NCBI RefSeq assembly: GCF_004010195.1 | Contig: NC_057749.1 | Coordinates: 7,797,936 to 7,833,988 of the forward strand | Reading direction: 5' to 3' | From: Chiloscyllium plagiosum | Taxonomy: Eukaryota | Length of the DNA: 36,053 nucleotides | Shown: positions 33,766-36,053 of the stretch, one piece after another | Layout: every line of letters starts with the position of its first letter | Numbering within the stretch: the stretch's first letter is position 1 | Notes under the pieces: generated by a model | Databases searched by the model: none | The model's input: the letters and a program-made list of their open reading frames with translations, nothing else | What the model was told of the DNA's origin: nothing | Translations under genes and position numbers: made by a program

Positions 33766-34569
33766 GCCATAATATGGAGGGTGAGTGAGAGCTAAATTTG
33801 GATGCCCACTCTTCATATGTAAATACATAAATAAAGACCATTCGACCTCCACAGCCGACAATATAATTGGCTCAGGCAGGCAGTTTGTGATTGTAGTACC
33901 TTTTGTTTTAAAGGAAATTTTTAAGACAGAGAGAAGGAGCAGCGCAGGATATATAGAGGGTACTCTTTGCCCGATCACCTCAGGGAGATATCACCTGATC
34001 CCCACTCACACTCTCCCTCTGACCCCACCCCCACTGTACAAACTGTAAAACCCATTCCTTCAACTCTTTCTGACACTGCCCATCCCTCTCCCAAGGTAGC
34101 AAACCCTTCCACCAACAACACCCCCCCCACACCCCACCCAATGCCCTTGTATTATCTGGGGGTGCGATCCATTGGACATCTTTTATGGACCTACTTGCAT
34201 CCCAGTGTTGACCATTGCCAATCAGTGGCCCTCCCAAGGACAGTGGGAGCTGTTAGCCAGTCAGAGTGGCTGGCAGCTCAAGATGGTGGGACTTCCTGTC
34301 ACCGAGGGATGGAAGCCCCACTCTGCATTAATTTACCCGCCTACAGTGCCCTGCAACTGGAGAGCAAGCTTTGTCTACTTCTGTCAGTTAGTTGCCAACT
34401 TTCCTTCTAGGGGTGACAGGGAGCGAGTTGTTCACCTCCTTTCCCCAATCTTGACCCCTTGTTTTCAAAGATGCCTTTGCAAAATGGTCATCCTACCCTC
34501 ACTACTTGGCGTTAGCTATCGATCAGTGTTGCAACTATTGCTTCTCCATACCAGAAGATTGTTGCACAA

Positions 34570-34712
34570 TATAGATATTTTTTTGCTAAGCAAAAGCATT
34601 AGAGGATATGGGCCAAAGGCTGCTGAACAGAGTTAGGCCTCAGATCAGGCAAGATCTCATTGAATGGCAGAACAGGCTTGAGGGGCTGAATGGCCTACTC
34701 CTGTTCCATGTT
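34570..34712 (+). mobile_element. CR1 3' tail
   Basis: 'gatctcattgaatggcagaacaggcttgaggggctgaatggcctactcctgttcc'. Confidence 0.85.
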
Positions 34713-34882
34713 CAATGTCAACGGCAAAGATTGGGAGTAATGGGTAGGATTTTATGGCCTCTCTCATGGCATTTTTTGGGAGGGGGCAAAGGGCAGTTAA
34801 TTGGGAAGGACAGTGACATATGAGCATTGCTCTAGCTTCCTGTCTTCACCAAAATTAAATCTGAGGAGGAGGGGGAGCGGCC

Positions 34883-35006
34883 ATACTGAGGGAGTGCTGC
34901 ACTGATGGTGGTGCCTTCTTTCAGATGAGTAAAGTGAGATCTTATCCTCTCTCCTCAAGTGGATGCCAAAAATTCCACAGCCCTGTTGGAAGATGATCAG
35001 TAGAGT
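34883..35006 (+). mobile_element. DeuSINE central (Deu) domain fragment
   Basis: 'tactgagggagtgctgcactgatggtggtgccttctttcagatgag...ctctcctcaagtggatg' matches the Deu-domain region as I recall it. Confidence 0.7.
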
Positions 35007-35021
35007 CGTGCACAGTGGCGA

Positions 35022-35355
35022 TGTATAAAATCATGCGGGGTATAGGTAATTAATGATGGGTGTCTTTTCCCTAGCGGGGACATTTTTAAGGTGAGAGGAA
35101 AGAGATTTAAACAAGGCAGGTGGGGCAATTTTTTTACACAGTGGGTAATTCACATGTGGAATGAACTTCCCGAGGAAGTGGTGGATGTGGCCACAGTTAC
35201 AACATTTAAAAGACACTTGGATAAGTGCCTGAATAGGAAAGGTTTGGAGGGATACTAGCCAGGTGCATGCAGGTGGGATTAGTTTTGTTTGGGATTATAT
35301 TTGGCATGGACTCCTTGGACCAAAGGGTCAGTTTCCGTGCTTTGTGACTCTATGA
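35022..35355 (+). mobile_element. CR1 (HER1-like) 3' fragment
   Basis: Highly similar to 7220-7570, including the tail. Confidence 0.92.
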
Positions 35356-35719
35356 TATCTTCCATTGGTATTTTGGTATTCTTATACTGTTTGTGATAAT
35401 AACTGACACGAGTTTAAAGCTCCTCTTTTCTTACCTGCTCCCTTGGTTGCATGCAACAAGATTAATTTATACATGGTCTCATCCCTCATGGACTACCTTT
35501 CTCCCAAAACCAAAGGGAGAATTTCAGTGGAGTGTTTGTATACCTTCAGCATATAAACACTTCCTCCACACCCTACTGAAATTTCAACTGTGCTAGAATC
35601 TTAAAGCCTTAAATCCATTGACTTTGGTATGGAAGTTTGTGCTGAGCCATGTTATGAGCAAGTTTGGATTCAAAAATCAAAATGTCTGACCCTTTGTTTC
35701 AGAACTTGCTCTCAAACCT

Positions 35720-35925
35720 TGAAGGAAGTGTCGCAGGTAGATAGGATGGTGAAGAAGGTGTTTAGTATGCTTTCCTTTATTGGTCAGAGTATTGAGTGCA
35801 GGAGTTGGGAGGTCATGTTGAGGCTGTACAGGACATTGATTCGGCCACTTTTGGAATACTGTGTGCAATTCTGGTCTCCTTCCTATCAGAAGGATGTTGT
35901 GAAACTTGGAAGGGTTCAGAAAAAA
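35720..35925 (+). mobile_element. CR1 ORF2 fragment
   Basis: QVDRMVKKVFSMLSFIGQSIECRSWEVMLRLYRTLIRPLLEYCVQFWSPSYQKDVVKL. Confidence 0.95.
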
Positions 35926-35929
35926 CTTA

Positions 35930-36053
35930 GAGGAGAAAGTGAGGTCTGCAGATGCTGGAGATCAGAGATGGAAATGTGTTGCTGGAAAAGCGCAGCAGGT
36001 CAGGCAGCATCTAGGGAACAGGAGAATCGACGTCTCGGGCATTAGCCCTTCTT
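35930..36053 (-). mobile_element. PLE terminal fragment inserted in CR1, hammerhead-like motif cut by the window end
   Basis: Homologous to 6778-6906. Minus strand reads ..AAGA-A-GGGC-taat-GCCC-GAgA-C-GTC-GATT. Confidence 0.8.

Noticed and set aside
33950..34480. GC-richer block with 147-154 aa ORFs; similar-feeling blocks at 1940-2160, 15765-15900, 16960-17370 and 34740-34870
   Set aside because: Probably old non-autonomous shark repeats, but I could not define termini or family. The ORFs have no recognisable homology.
1..36053. CRISPR array or prokaryotic operon
   Set aside because: No regularly spaced direct repeats or gene-dense structure. The content is vertebrate retroelement DNA.

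Overview
Repeat-dense vertebrate DNA with no recognisable host protein-coding gene, so intergenic or deep intronic. The repeat set points to a shark, probably a carpet or bamboo shark (recognised from memory, not from a database search). It includes decayed CR1 LINEs, seven tRNA-derived HE1/V-SINE-like copies, DeuSINE (SacSINE1-like) relics, a Tx1-like fragment and a Rex1-like tail. There are also many Penelope-like element (PLE) remnants, one retaining RT C-terminal and GIY-YIG coding sequence. Nearly all ORFs in the supplied track are TE remnants or low-complexity artefacts. The most interesting signal is about 10 minimal type-I hammerhead ribozyme motifs (CUGANGA, one extra nt, stem II, GAAA, palindromic mini stem III, NUH). 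They occur in 4-5 sequence-distinct PLE-related families whose stems covary around a shared core. Most sit in short non-coding units with an inverted or hairpin architecture, and most carry core mutations. Several TE-free islands are candidate conserved regulatory elements.
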